From positions 1 through 64,000 of the forward strand of contig JBEULP010000062.1 in assembly GCA_041287245.1 (NCBI GenBank): a stretch of DNA of 64,000 nt, written 5' to 3'. Below are positions 25,417 through 33,855 of this stretch, one piece after another. How positions within the stretch are numbered: position 1 is the first letter of the stretch; every line of letters starts with the position of its first letter. Below the pieces are notes generated by a model. It was not told the DNA's origin and searched no databases. It saw only the letters and a list, made by a program, of their open reading frames with translations. This DNA is from Infirmifilum sp. Lineage in GTDB: Archaea > Thermoproteota > Thermoprotei > Thermofilales > Thermofilaceae. The translations under genes were made by a program, and so were the position numbers.

Positions 25417-26799
25417 TTGAAGCTGGGTAAAATTCCTCTGAGGAGACTTAAGGAGATCTTAGAGAAAGCAGGAGTTACGGTCACTCTCGACTCAAATCCT
25501 CTTGACCAAGATACGGTTGTATCCACAAACCCCGCGATCGGCGTCCCCCTAAGGGCCCTTGGCTTCTTCGCTTTTCACTACACTGCGACAAACATCGCTG
25601 TCTCTCACGCTAGACCTGTTTATGCCACTCTATCAATACTCGCCCCTCCTGACACTGGTGATGAAGAGCTCGAAGCTATACTCAAGTCTTTCCTGAGAGA
25701 GTGTGAGAAATACGGGGTTCGCCTGGTAGGGGGTCACACTGCGCGATATGAAGGCATAGAGTACCCCCTTGCTGTCTCCACAATACTGGGTAAGAAGACA
25801 CGCGAGAGGGAAAAACCCTCCCCCGGCGACATCATCTATCTAGTCGGCAGGGTTGGCGCTGAGACTGCATGGCTACTGGGGAAAGAGGTGCCCCTAGAGG
25901 AGCTGTCTCCTCTAGATGAAGCCCTCCGTCTCCAAACGGTAACAAGCGTCAAGTTGATGCACGACGTATCGGAGGGAGGTATCCTGGGAGCCCTTTTAGA
26001 GGTCTCTCACCAGTACCACGTTAAGATCAAAGTTACGGCTCGAAGTATAGAAACTTATCCTGGGTTTCCAGAGGGCTACGAGCCTCTAGCCTCACCCACA
26101 TACGGCGCCCTCATCGTCTTCACCTCTCCCGCAGAGCCGCTCGAGGGCTACTGTGATGAAAGGGGCGTCACGTGCACACGGCTAGGTTTAGTGGAAGCCC
26201 CCGGGGTCGGGGTCGAGTATAAGGCGCAGCTCCTAACCGAGACGCCTGAGACGCCCCTAGTGGAGCTATACAACCCCTACACGCCTGGGAGCTGGGAGCC
26301 GGCGCAGGTTCTCCTGGCCGCCAAGAAGTTCGTCAGCATACCGGGGGTTGAGAGGATAATCCCAGAGGTTGGGACGAACATAGCTTATTCAAAGTTTAAA
26401 CCCGAGAGACCTGAGGACGTGGCTGCTATAGAAGGCAGAATAGTGAGGACCTCGCGTGGGGCGCGGATCTGCGGCTTTCCAGCTTACGGGGCGTCTCGGC
26501 ACCTGGCTCGAGTCATAATTGAGGCGTCGAAGCACGACGAGAACCTCAGGTCAGCTATAAACTTGAAGCCCGAGCCCAGGCTTATTGAAAGGCTTAGACT
26601 TCTAGGTGTAGACGTCCGTGAGATAAAGGATTTTTCCTCGTTTTGCCCTGTCAGCGAGGCCCTGGCCAGGGGCTCCAGGGGGCAAGCGTTCTACTACCGT
26701 GACCTTCCCAACCTAGAGCCTTCACTGGTTGTGCTGGCTGAAAACCCGCATGTCCTCGTTGAGACCGTCAGGAAGGCCCTAGCCGAGGACCTTCATTAA
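25417..26799 (+). CDS. AIR synthase (PurM/ThiL/HypE)-like domain fused to a ThiN-type thiamine-phosphate synthase domain
   Basis: GGHT and MHDVSEGG in the N-terminal part; IPEVGTNIAY, DVAAIEGRI, GASRHLAR, AINLK in the C-terminal part. Confidence 0.78.
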   Translation: MKLGKIPLRRLKEILEKAGVTVTLDSNPLDQDTVVSTNPAIGVPLRALGFFAFHYTATNIAVSHARPVYATLSILAPPDTGDEELEAILKSFLRECEKYGVRLVGGHTARYEGIEYPLAVSTILGKKTREREKPSPGDIIYLVGRVGAETAWLLGKEVPLEELSPLDEALRLQTVTSVKLMHDVSEGGILGALLEVSHQYHVKIKVTARSIETYPGFPEGYEPLASPTYGALIVFTSPAEPLEGYCDERGVTCTRLGLVEAPGVGVEYKAQLLTETPETPLVELYNPYTPGSWEPAQVLLAAKKFVSIPGVERIIPEVGTNIAYSKFKPERPEDVAAIEGRIVRTSRGARICGFPAYGASRHLARVIIEASKHDENLRSAINLKPEPRLIERLRLLGVDVREIKDFSSFCPVSEALARGSRGQAFYYRDLPNLEPSLVVLAENPHVLVETVRKALAEDLH

Positions 26800-26843
26800 C
26801 GCTGAGGGAAAACCTAAATATTAGCCCTTACCGTTCAAGCTTG

Positions 26844-26897
26844 ATGATGACTTCGCTTGCCCCCCGGCGATCGGTGAGCCGGATTGCCGCGGACTGA
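26844..26897 (+). ncRNA. Box C/D guide sRNA
   Basis: Box C ATGATGA 26844-26850, box D CTGA 26894-26897, degenerate D'/C'; intergenic, TATA-like CTAAATA upstream. Confidence 0.7.
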
Positions 26898-26944
26898 AAC
26901 CCTATGGGAAAACGTTATATTACTGCTGTTTTCTTTAAAGGTTA

Positions 26945-27667
26945 ATGGCGAAGCTACTATTCCAGTATGACAGCTACATCAAAGAGTTTGAGGCTACGGT
27001 GACGCGCGTATCAGGCGAGAAGGTATTCCTTGACCAGACAGCCTTCCACCCGGGACCAAGCGGTGGCCTAGACACTGATACCGGCTGGCTTATCCTGCCC
27101 GACGGGCAACGCGTTGAGGTCGTTAAAGCCGTAGAGGAAGGTGGCGATATAGCCCACGTGTTGTCCTCGCAAGCCAACATACCCCAAGGCGCCAGGGTAA
27201 GGGGCTTAATCAACTGGGATAGGAGGTACAGGATGATGAGGCTGCACACAGCCAGCCACGTCTTGGCATCCGTCCTCTACAAAAAGTATGGTGCTCTCGT
27301 AACAGGGGGTCACATAGAACCTGAGGGTGCGCGCGACGACTTCGACCTGCCTGGAGCCGTAGACTGGAAAGCGGCCTTAGCCGAGGCTATAAGAGAGTCA
27401 AACGAGATCATTAGGAGGTGCGTAGAGGTCAAGGTGTACTGGCTCAGGCGCGAAGAGGCTTTGAAAATACCGGGCATCGTTAAGCTTGCCGGAAGGTTAC
27501 CTCCCGAGGTGGAGGAGATAAGGATAGTTGAGATCCCGGATGTAGACATACAGGCGGACGGCGGGCCACACGTTAAAAACACGTGCGAGATCGGGGAGAT
27601 ACTCCTAGTGAAGACCGAAAGCAAGGGGGCTAAACGGAAGAGAGTTTATTATACTCTAAATCCCTAG
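26945..27667 (+). CDS. alaX: Alanyl-tRNA editing protein (AlaX-M type)
   Basis: DSY, LDQTAFHP, MRLHTASH, ADGGPHV. Confidence 0.9.
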   Translation: MAKLLFQYDSYIKEFEATVTRVSGEKVFLDQTAFHPGPSGGLDTDTGWLILPDGQRVEVVKAVEEGGDIAHVLSSQANIPQGARVRGLINWDRRYRMMRLHTASHVLASVLYKKYGALVTGGHIEPEGARDDFDLPGAVDWKAALAEAIRESNEIIRRCVEVKVYWLRREEALKIPGIVKLAGRLPPEVEEIRIVEIPDVDIQADGGPHVKNTCEIGEILLVKTESKGAKRKRVYYTLNP

Positions 27668-27677
27668 CACTTCTAGT

Positions 27678-27774
27678 ATAACATTGTTATACTTTATATT
27701 AACAATGTTATATTTTTCAAAAATAATGTTTTGCTACAACATACTAAGGTTATATTCAAATATAACATAGTTAT
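27678..27774. repeat. Array of five 13-bp palindromic boxes (consensus ATAACAnTGTTAT) at exact 21-bp period
   Basis: ATAACATTGTTAT 27678, TTAACAATGTTAT 27699, AAAATAATGTTTT 27720, ATACTAAGGTTAT 27741, ATAACATAGTTAT 27762. Confidence 0.8.
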
Positions 27775-27816
27775 TACAAAAATCTTCGTTAGTATGGTTT
27801 TTATAGCCGGAAGTAG

Positions 27817-28503
27817 TTGGAAAATGTGTCCAGCGAGATAGCCCACCTATTCTCGAGGCACGCCGGCGAATACGATTCCTGGTACGAAACCCCTTCCGGC
27901 AGGGTTGTGCTTGAAGCCGAGGCTCGGCTCTTAGACAAGGTGCTTCCACTTGGAATAGGCTTAGACTTGGGCGCGGGGACAGGCGTTTTCGCCGAAAGGC
28001 TCTCCCGTACCAGGGAAATTGTGTGTCTCGACCCGTCCCCCGGGATGCTAGAGCGGGCTCGAGGAAGATGCCTGCACATGGTTCTAGGTGTAGCCGAGTT
28101 CCCACCATTTCGACAAGGCTCCCTTGACTTCATATACATGGTTACCGTCTTAGAGTTCCTCCAAGAACCTCTCCAGGCCCTAAGCGCGGCCAAACAGCTA
28201 CTAAAGCCCACGGCTGTCCTCGCGATACTCTCAGTCGAGAAGAATAGCAGTTGGGGTAGGCTATACCAGGAGTTAGCTGCCGAGAATAAGGATCCCATCC
28301 TAGCAGCCGGGAGATTCTACTCGGAGGGTGAGGTTGAAGGGCTCCTCGGCAGAGCGGGTTACCACGTATACGCTAGGGGCGCCACCCTCGACTACGAGCC
28401 GTTAACGGTCCCGGATAAGCCGCCGAAGATCTACGTAAATGAGCGCTGCCCTTCATGTGGCGTTTTCCTCCTCCTTGCCGCTCCCCCTCCTAGGCAACCC
28501 TAA
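27817..28503 (+). CDS. Class I SAM-dependent methyltransferase
   Basis: YDSWY, LDLGAGTG, LDPSPGML. Confidence 0.88.
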   Translation: MENVSSEIAHLFSRHAGEYDSWYETPSGRVVLEAEARLLDKVLPLGIGLDLGAGTGVFAERLSRTREIVCLDPSPGMLERARGRCLHMVLGVAEFPPFRQGSLDFIYMVTVLEFLQEPLQALSAAKQLLKPTAVLAILSVEKNSSWGRLYQELAAENKDPILAAGRFYSEGEVEGLLGRAGYHVYARGATLDYEPLTVPDKPPKIYVNERCPSCGVFLLLAAPPPRQP

Positions 28504-29700
28504 CACTCTACCTAGACCTCCTTGCAGTGCGATTCTCAGGAAAAACCGCGGCCATTTAAAGACGCCTTTGGAGAGGAACTCCCACGTCACGTCGCCAGCG
28601 GAGACGCGCTCAAGTACCTCGATGGGCGTCATCTCAAGCATTACCGCTCTCTCCTCTGGTGAGGCGTTCTCCAGTGCGTTAAGTATAGCCATCTGTATTC
28701 GAATGTTCAAAAACAAATTGTACTTGGCTAGGGTTTCCCGGAACCCCCCCTCCCCCTTTATCTCCCTGTAGGCTGCTATGGCAGTGATTAGAGACGGCCT
28801 GATCCCCTCCCCCGTCAAGGGCATTACAGCCCCGGCGGCCTCGCCTATCCTGTAGTAGCTACGATGTCTATATAGTCTCAGCCCCCCAGATGCTATCCAG
28901 CTACCCTTAGTCGGAGTGTTTACCTCTACTCCAGTGGTTCTGACGAGTCTTTTAAACAGCCCTGCTACAAGCGCGCGGTCTTTGCCGCCCACCCCAACCT
29001 TGACATGTGAGCCCCACATGGGGAATATCCAGCCGTATCCGACTAGCTCTGGGAAGAAGAAAAGATGCACTTCATCTCTAGGAGCATTCTTCATCCTCCC
29101 TTCGACCTGCAAAGCCAGAGCCTTGGGTCCGGGGTATGCCACGTGTCCCCGCGCGTCTACGACAAGTAAATAATTGTCGAGGCTTGCGGGGTCAGCCCAC
29201 CTTCTCGTGACTTCTATGCCGCTAAGAAGCTCTGTAAGGAAGATTTCCTTGTCGATAATGTACCCGTAGTGTCTAGCGTGGCTCTCGAAGATCAGCTTGT
29301 CGCCGATGTAGACCTTATAGCCTTTGACTTTGACGAGTATCGCGTCTTCCGGGAGCCTAAGTACGCTATCTATGGTGTAGGGCACTCCCCACCCGCAAGG
29401 TTTTAAAGCCAGTCTATAGCTCCCCTCGAAAACGTCAATCTTATAACCGCTATCGCTCAGGAGGCGGGCAAGGTAAGCCCCGGATGGCCCTGCCCCAATT
29501 ATTGCTATTTTTTCCTTTGTGCCCTTACTAGGTAAAAGGATTACTCCTTTAGCTCCTACGATTCGTGCTCGCGAAATTTTTACGCCGCTACGCGAGGAGC
29601 CCATCTCCATAGGCCTGGCTTTAACGCCATCTGGTGAGCGAACACGGTCTTTTGACCCCGCTTCCTGGCTCATGCGCATCACTTCATCTGACTTCCTCAC
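28453..29700 (-). CDS. Geranylgeranyl reductase-family FAD oxidoreductase (start uncertain)
   Basis: GAGPSG, KPCG, GYGWIFP, IGEAAGAVMPLTGEGI; the Rossmann motif begins about 65 codons into the ORF. Confidence 0.8.
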   Translation of the reverse strand: MRKSDEVMRMSQEAGSKDRVRSPDGVKARPMEMGSSRSGVKISRARIVGAKGVILLPSKGTKEKIAIIGAGPSGAYLARLLSDSGYKIDVFEGSYRLALKPCGWGVPYTIDSVLRLPEDAILVKVKGYKVYIGDKLIFESHARHYGYIIDKEIFLTELLSGIEVTRRWADPASLDNYLLVVDARGHVAYPGPKALALQVEGRMKNAPRDEVHLFFFPELVGYGWIFPMWGSHVKVGVGGKDRALVAGLFKRLVRTTGVEVNTPTKGSWIASGGLRLYRHRSYYRIGEAAGAVMPLTGEGIRPSLITAIAAYREIKGEGGFRETLAKYNLFLNIRIQMAILNALENASPEERAVMLEMTPIEVLERVSAGDVTWEFLSKGVFKWPRFFLRIALQGGLGRVLGLPRRGSGKEEENAT

Positions 29701-29721
29701 CTGCGCGCGCCGGCAGCAGTC

Positions 29722-29979
29722 CTAGCCAAGCTTTCTCAGCGTCTCCTCGAACTCCTCTATGGTAAGCTTGCTGAACTGTAGTATTACTTGCACCTTGTCG
29801 GGTTTCACGACGCTAACAATAGCATCCTTGTAAACCCCTTTAACAAGAGGCCCGAACCGAGCTGTTACCTTGCCCTCACTCTCCAGGAGAGACACAACCT
29901 TGTCGATGCACTCCTCGCGCACCTTGAAGACGTAGGTCTTCGAGGAGGAGCACACGAGGCTACGGGATACAACACACAT
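29722..29979 (-). CDS. Hypothetical protein
   Basis: Leaderless ATG 29979 with TATA-like CTTAAATA about 25 nt upstream. Confidence 0.6.
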   Translation of the reverse strand: MCVVSRSLVCSSSKTYVFKVREECIDKVVSLLESEGKVTARFGPLVKGVYKDAIVSVVKPDKVQVILQFSKLTIEEFEETLRKLG

Positions 29980-30097
29980 ATAATAGACGCACATCGAACA
30001 GCTATTTAAGCTTGAAGCCAAAACGATCGACCAGCGACGCTCCCGCCTAGGCTTTGCCTGGAAATCCCCGGGGCGTGAACTAGGCAGGCCCCAGGGC

Positions 30098-30360
30098 TAT
30101 CGACCGAAAGCCTCGCCGTTTACAGTAGGGGTAGTGGAAACGTTCGACTGTGTGTTCTCCGGTACGTTGTTTGGAGCGCTTAGAGCGGGCTGGGTGAAGC
30201 CTAGAAGCGCCGTAGAGGCCGTGGCCCGGCGACCCGCGTACAACCCCCGCGCCGAGCAGGGCAGGGGGCAATACGCCCGAGGCCGGACGCAAGGCTGAAC
30301 TCAGTTAAGGCTGCGCATGTAGCCCTTAACCCCGGCTCATCGGGACGGAGAGGAAGTCAG
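30098..30360 (+). mobile_element. Non-autonomous IS200/IS605 derivative (degenerate left end, omega-RNA-like interior, right end)
   Basis: AAAG+CCTCGCCGTTTAC left-end hairpin remnant; ends in GAGGAAGTCAG; left boundary approximate. Confidence 0.65.
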
Positions 30361-30384
30361 CAGGTTGGGATGGTTGAGCTTCCT

Positions 30385-30429
30385 CTGACTCCCCCCCCCG
30401 CCCTAAAGGGGCGAGGCTTGCCTCGTTTT
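30385..30429 (-). mobile_element. 45-bp minimal IS605-derived palindromic element (PATE-like)
   Basis: Minus strand TGAC|AAAACGAGGCAAGCCTCGCCCCTTTAGGGCGGGGGGGGGAGTCAG; near-identical to 52001-52044. Confidence 0.8.
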
Positions 30430-31497
30430 GTCAGGAGAGGTGTAGACGAGCCTTTTTATTCATCTGCATCCAGTAGAAGTTAAAGAGGGGGTTGAGGCTG
30501 CGTGATTTTTCCACAATCTTAGCCCACGTCCTGTCAAGCCTGAGCCCCTCTTTAAAAGCACGCTCCGTCAGGGCGTAGAGGGCTTCGCGTGAAGCGGTTC
30601 CGGCAAGGTATTCTCTCCGGAGCTTTATCGCCTCTCTGACGAGCTGCTCCTCAACCTCTTTAATCTCGCCAAAAATTTGGGCTGCGTATCTCGGATAGGA
30701 AGCTAGAAGCTTCCTATGCAGTTCCTCATGGATCCACCAGAAAGCCTGTGGGTCATAGCTGTCAGTAGGGCTTGGGCCGAGGTCGGGGAGGCCTGACTCG
30801 ATGAACACCGGCTTATACAGTGATATGCACGGGCTAGACGTGCCCGTGGCGAATATTATGGGGGTTTTCTCGTAGAGGAACGCTATGACGGAGCCTGCTG
30901 TCTGGCTGGGCCTAGTAAGCCCTCCGGCGTGCATGCATATATCTCTCATCGAGCCTCTCGCTGGGGAGTAGCCCTCGTCCCCGGCGTGGCTACGCATTAG
31001 TGAGCTTATCTTCTCGAAGTCCAACCGGCCCGCGTTTTTCTCGAGGAAGCTCTGTGTAAACCTTTGCCTCTCCACGCCTTTGGCTATCCTGGTATAAAGG
31101 AAGTCTGAGAAGTGGCCTGAGAAGTCGAGCTCTTCTTTCTCGAGGTGTTTCTTCTCGAGATACTCAAGCAGGCTCCTGCTAACCTTATCCCAACGGCTAT
31201 GTATGGTTAAGGCGTTTGAAATACTTCTTACACTCTTCACCTTCTCCGCAACCCAGTAGGGGCCAGCCGTCTCGAGAACCCAGGCCTCGTTCGGGTCTGC
31301 TATGATAAAGGAGTTGTGGTAGTAGAGCTTACCTGATCTGCTGCAATTCCCTCCCTGTCCGTACTCCTCCAGGAGCCCCGTGACAACGCTTAGTGCCTCC
31401 GCAGCACTCCTAGACCTCTCCAAGCCTAGGCGCACGAGATCCATCCCTGTTAAGCCTGTTTTCCGGTAGGGCAGCTTCGTAAAAACCGCCTCGTTAA

Positions 31498-32848
31498 CAT
31501 AAGCTGAAAGCCTCGCCCCTTTAGGGCGGGGGTGAGTAGAAACTCTTATAAACCTCTCTTGGTTTGTTGTCTCCGGGGGGCATAGAGTTCTACGAGGGCA
31601 TAAAGAGGAGAGGTAGGGGTGTTCTTTGTGGGCGATGAGGGTTTCCTAACCCTGACTGTCGGGGTGAGGGTTAGCCCCGAGCCCGAGGTGGTAGAACTCT
31701 TGAAGAGGTATAGGTCTGCCCTGTGGCACTCCATAAGGGCTATACACGGCCACGTGGTGAGGAGCAACTTGAAGAGGGCGCCATCCCTCTCAACCACGCA
31801 CAGGCTTCTCTACAACGACCTCAGGGAGGGGTTCGGCCTCCCGTCGAGAATCGCAATTGATTGTTACAGGGAGGCCCTGGCAATCTACAAGTCTTGGCTT
31901 AACAATAGGGACAGAGGCAGACTGCCAACTCCGAGAAAACTAAGGATGTGGCTTACGCACGGGCAAGGGTATAGAATTAGAGACGGCTTCATCGAGATCA
32001 TCGGTGGTATCAGGCTCAAAATCGTTGGTTGGGATAGGAGATATGATTCTTACGAGAATAGAGAGGCTAGGCTTGTGTTCAGAGGAGGCAAAATGTTTCT
32101 AATGGTGGTGAAGAGGATCCCGAAGCCCGAGAAGATAAAGTCCTCAGGAGTTCTCGCGGTCGACGTGAACGAGAAGAAGATCGTGTTCGGAAATAGCGGG
32201 GCCTCCAAGTCTATTGATACGCCTGTGGGGAAGGCCCTCCACTACAAAAGGCTCGCTGAGGAGTTGCAGAGAAAGTACTCGAACGGCAAGTACAGGCCCT
32301 GGCTGGCGAGGAGGGGGATTCGCGAGAGAATAAAGAGTTTCGATAGAAAGGCTAGAAACGCCGTCGAGGACTGGGCTAGGAAGACGGCCCTAGAGATCGT
32401 GAGAGAGGCCGAGAGGCACTCCTACGCGGTCGCGAGGGAGGGCTTGAACGGACTGGTGGAGTCCTTGAGGAAGCTGCCGAAGGATCATAGGGTGAAGCTG
32501 ATGATACTGTCGTACAAAAGGCTGGGATACTGGATCGACTGGCAGGCCTCGAAGCACGGCGTGCCCGTCGTAGTCGTGGATCCGAGGAACACCTCATCGA
32601 CATGCCCAAGGTGCGGGTCGAAACTGAGAGGAAGCGGCTACAGGAGGCTGAGATGCCCGAGATGCGGGTTTGAGGCGGACAGAGATTTCATAGCGCTGCT
32701 GAACATCGAGAAAAAAGCCCTACAAGAAATGGGAGGAGCTCTGACCCCCTCGACTGCCCCGCAGATGAAAGATGTAAACCCGAATAGATGCCGGGGAACC
32801 TCCCCGCCCCGAAGGAACCCTCGCCCTTCAGGGCGGGGAGGAGGTCAG
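31498..32848 (+). mobile_element. IS200/IS605-family, IS1341-type (tnpB only) element, 1351 bp, no target duplication
   Basis: Left-end hairpin AAAG-CCTCGCCCCTTTAGGGCGGGGG; right end GAAC-CCTCGCCCTTCAGGGCGGGG-AGGAGGTCAG; removal restores the host frame. Confidence 0.9.
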
Positions 32849-32872
32849 CGATTGCGACGCCGTACTCGTTAA
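31619..32872 (+). CDS. tnpB: TnpB RNA-guided endonuclease
   Basis: RuvC-I LAVDVN, RuvC-II VAREGL, Zn finger CPRC..CPRC, RuvC-III DRD; the ORF reads through the right end. Confidence 0.92.
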   Translation: MFFVGDEGFLTLTVGVRVSPEPEVVELLKRYRSALWHSIRAIHGHVVRSNLKRAPSLSTTHRLLYNDLREGFGLPSRIAIDCYREALAIYKSWLNNRDRGRLPTPRKLRMWLTHGQGYRIRDGFIEIIGGIRLKIVGWDRRYDSYENREARLVFRGGKMFLMVVKRIPKPEKIKSSGVLAVDVNEKKIVFGNSGASKSIDTPVGKALHYKRLAEELQRKYSNGKYRPWLARRGIRERIKSFDRKARNAVEDWARKTALEIVREAERHSYAVAREGLNGLVESLRKLPKDHRVKLMILSYKRLGYWIDWQASKHGVPVVVVDPRNTSSTCPRCGSKLRGSGYRRLRCPRCGFEADRDFIALLNIEKKALQEMGGALTPSTAPQMKDVNPNRCRGTSPPRRNPRPSGRGGGQRLRRRTR

Positions 32873-33132
32873 CACCCATCTCCGCCCCCCACATCCACCA
32901 GGGGCGGGATAGAAACACCGCATAGGTCTCTTCTACCTGGGGGACGCGTATGTAAGTGCAGGATACGTATTCCTCCGAGTGGCGCCGCCGGGGCACCACC
33001 TCCAGAACTTGGGCCTCGTTTGGTTCTCGGTCGCTGTTCTTGGCAAAGATAGAAACCTTCTCGGACGTGTACTCTTTCAAGGCGATGATAGTGTCACACA
33101 CAGGTGCTGATACAACCACCGGAAATTTATAC

Positions 33133-33852
33133 CTACCTGGTACAAGCCGGGATCTCGTAGTTGAGCCCTGCAGCCTCCTTTACCTCCAAGGGCACGCTGC
33201 CCTCCCCCCTCCAAAGGATTTTACCATCTACAAGTACGTATAACCGGCTCGCCATCCTTTCAGCTAGGTTGCTATCCTGAGTCGCCACGAGAACCCCCTT
33301 ACCCTGCGATTTCAGCGTGCAGACAAGGCCTAGGAGTGCGGCCAGGGACTTCGAGTCGAGGTTCGCCGTGGGCTCGTCGAGGAGTAGATACTGGGGGTCG
33401 TAGACGAGAACAGACGCTAGAGCTACCCGCCGCTTCTCCCCGAAGCTTAAAGCGTAGACAGGCCGCTTTAGCAGGTGGTTGATGCTGAGCAGGGTGGCTA
33501 CTTCCTCCAAACGTTCACGCTTCTCGCCTTCCCCCAGGTCAAGCTGGTTAAGCGTGAAGAGCAGCTCGTCCTCGACGGTGGGGTTGAACAGCTGATCGTC
33601 AGGGTCCTGAAAAACCACCCCTATCCTTCTCCTGGCCCAGGGCAGTTGACTCTGTAGCTCCACGCCGTCCAAAAACACCCTGCCACGCTGGGGCTTCAAG
33701 AGCCCGGCCAGCGCGAGTATTAAGGTTGACTTCCCGCTACCGTTTGGCCCTAGCAGCACCGCAATCTCTCCAGGCCTCACCTCGAAATCTACACCTTTTA
33801 AAACCTCGCCAGTACCGGGCAGTGATACCCACAGGTCCACGCATGAAAGCAT
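33133..33852 (-). CDS. cbiO: Co/Ni ECF transporter ATPase
   Basis: GPNGSGKST, FQDPDDQLF, LSFGEKRR, LDEPT. Confidence 0.88.
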   Translation of the reverse strand: MLSCVDLWVSLPGTGEVLKGVDFEVRPGEIAVLLGPNGSGKSTLILALAGLLKPQRGRVFLDGVELQSQLPWARRRIGVVFQDPDDQLFNPTVEDELLFTLNQLDLGEGEKRERLEEVATLLSINHLLKRPVYALSFGEKRRVALASVLVYDPQYLLLDEPTANLDSKSLAALLGLVCTLKSQGKGVLVATQDSNLAERMASRLYVLVDGKILWRGEGSVPLEVKEAAGLNYEIPACTR

Positions 33853-33855
33853 AGC

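Larger units (their letters stand above)
30431..33101 (-). pseudogene. C69 dipeptidase / secernin-family Ntn-hydrolase interrupted by the tnpB element
   Basis: N-part 33101-32849 (GTG-CDT, AKNSDREPNE, WGAEMGVNEYGVAI) and C-part 31497-30431 (NEAVFT..GMDLVRLGLER) join in frame: 1320 nt, 439 aa. Confidence 0.88.

Noticed and set aside
27678..27774. Array as a CRISPR or Xer/dif site
   Set aside because: Units are 13 bp with 8-bp spacers, far too short for CRISPR. The TATAA/TTATA arms are 5 bp apart rather than the 6 bp of dif sites.
29688..29700. GAGGAAGTCAG on the minus strand as another IS605 right end
   Set aside because: No adjacent terminal hairpin or left end, and it falls at the start of the reductase ORF. 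It may be chance or a very old remnant.
32688..32848. C-terminal part of ORF 32688-33119 as a real protein
   Set aside because: Read-through of the truncated peptidase into the IS right end.
31490..32874. CTCGTTAACA at 31490-31499 and 32865-32874 as a target-site duplication
   Set aside because: The second copy lies 16 bp beyond the right end and reflects repeated V-N-E codons in the host gene; IS605-family elements do not make target duplications.
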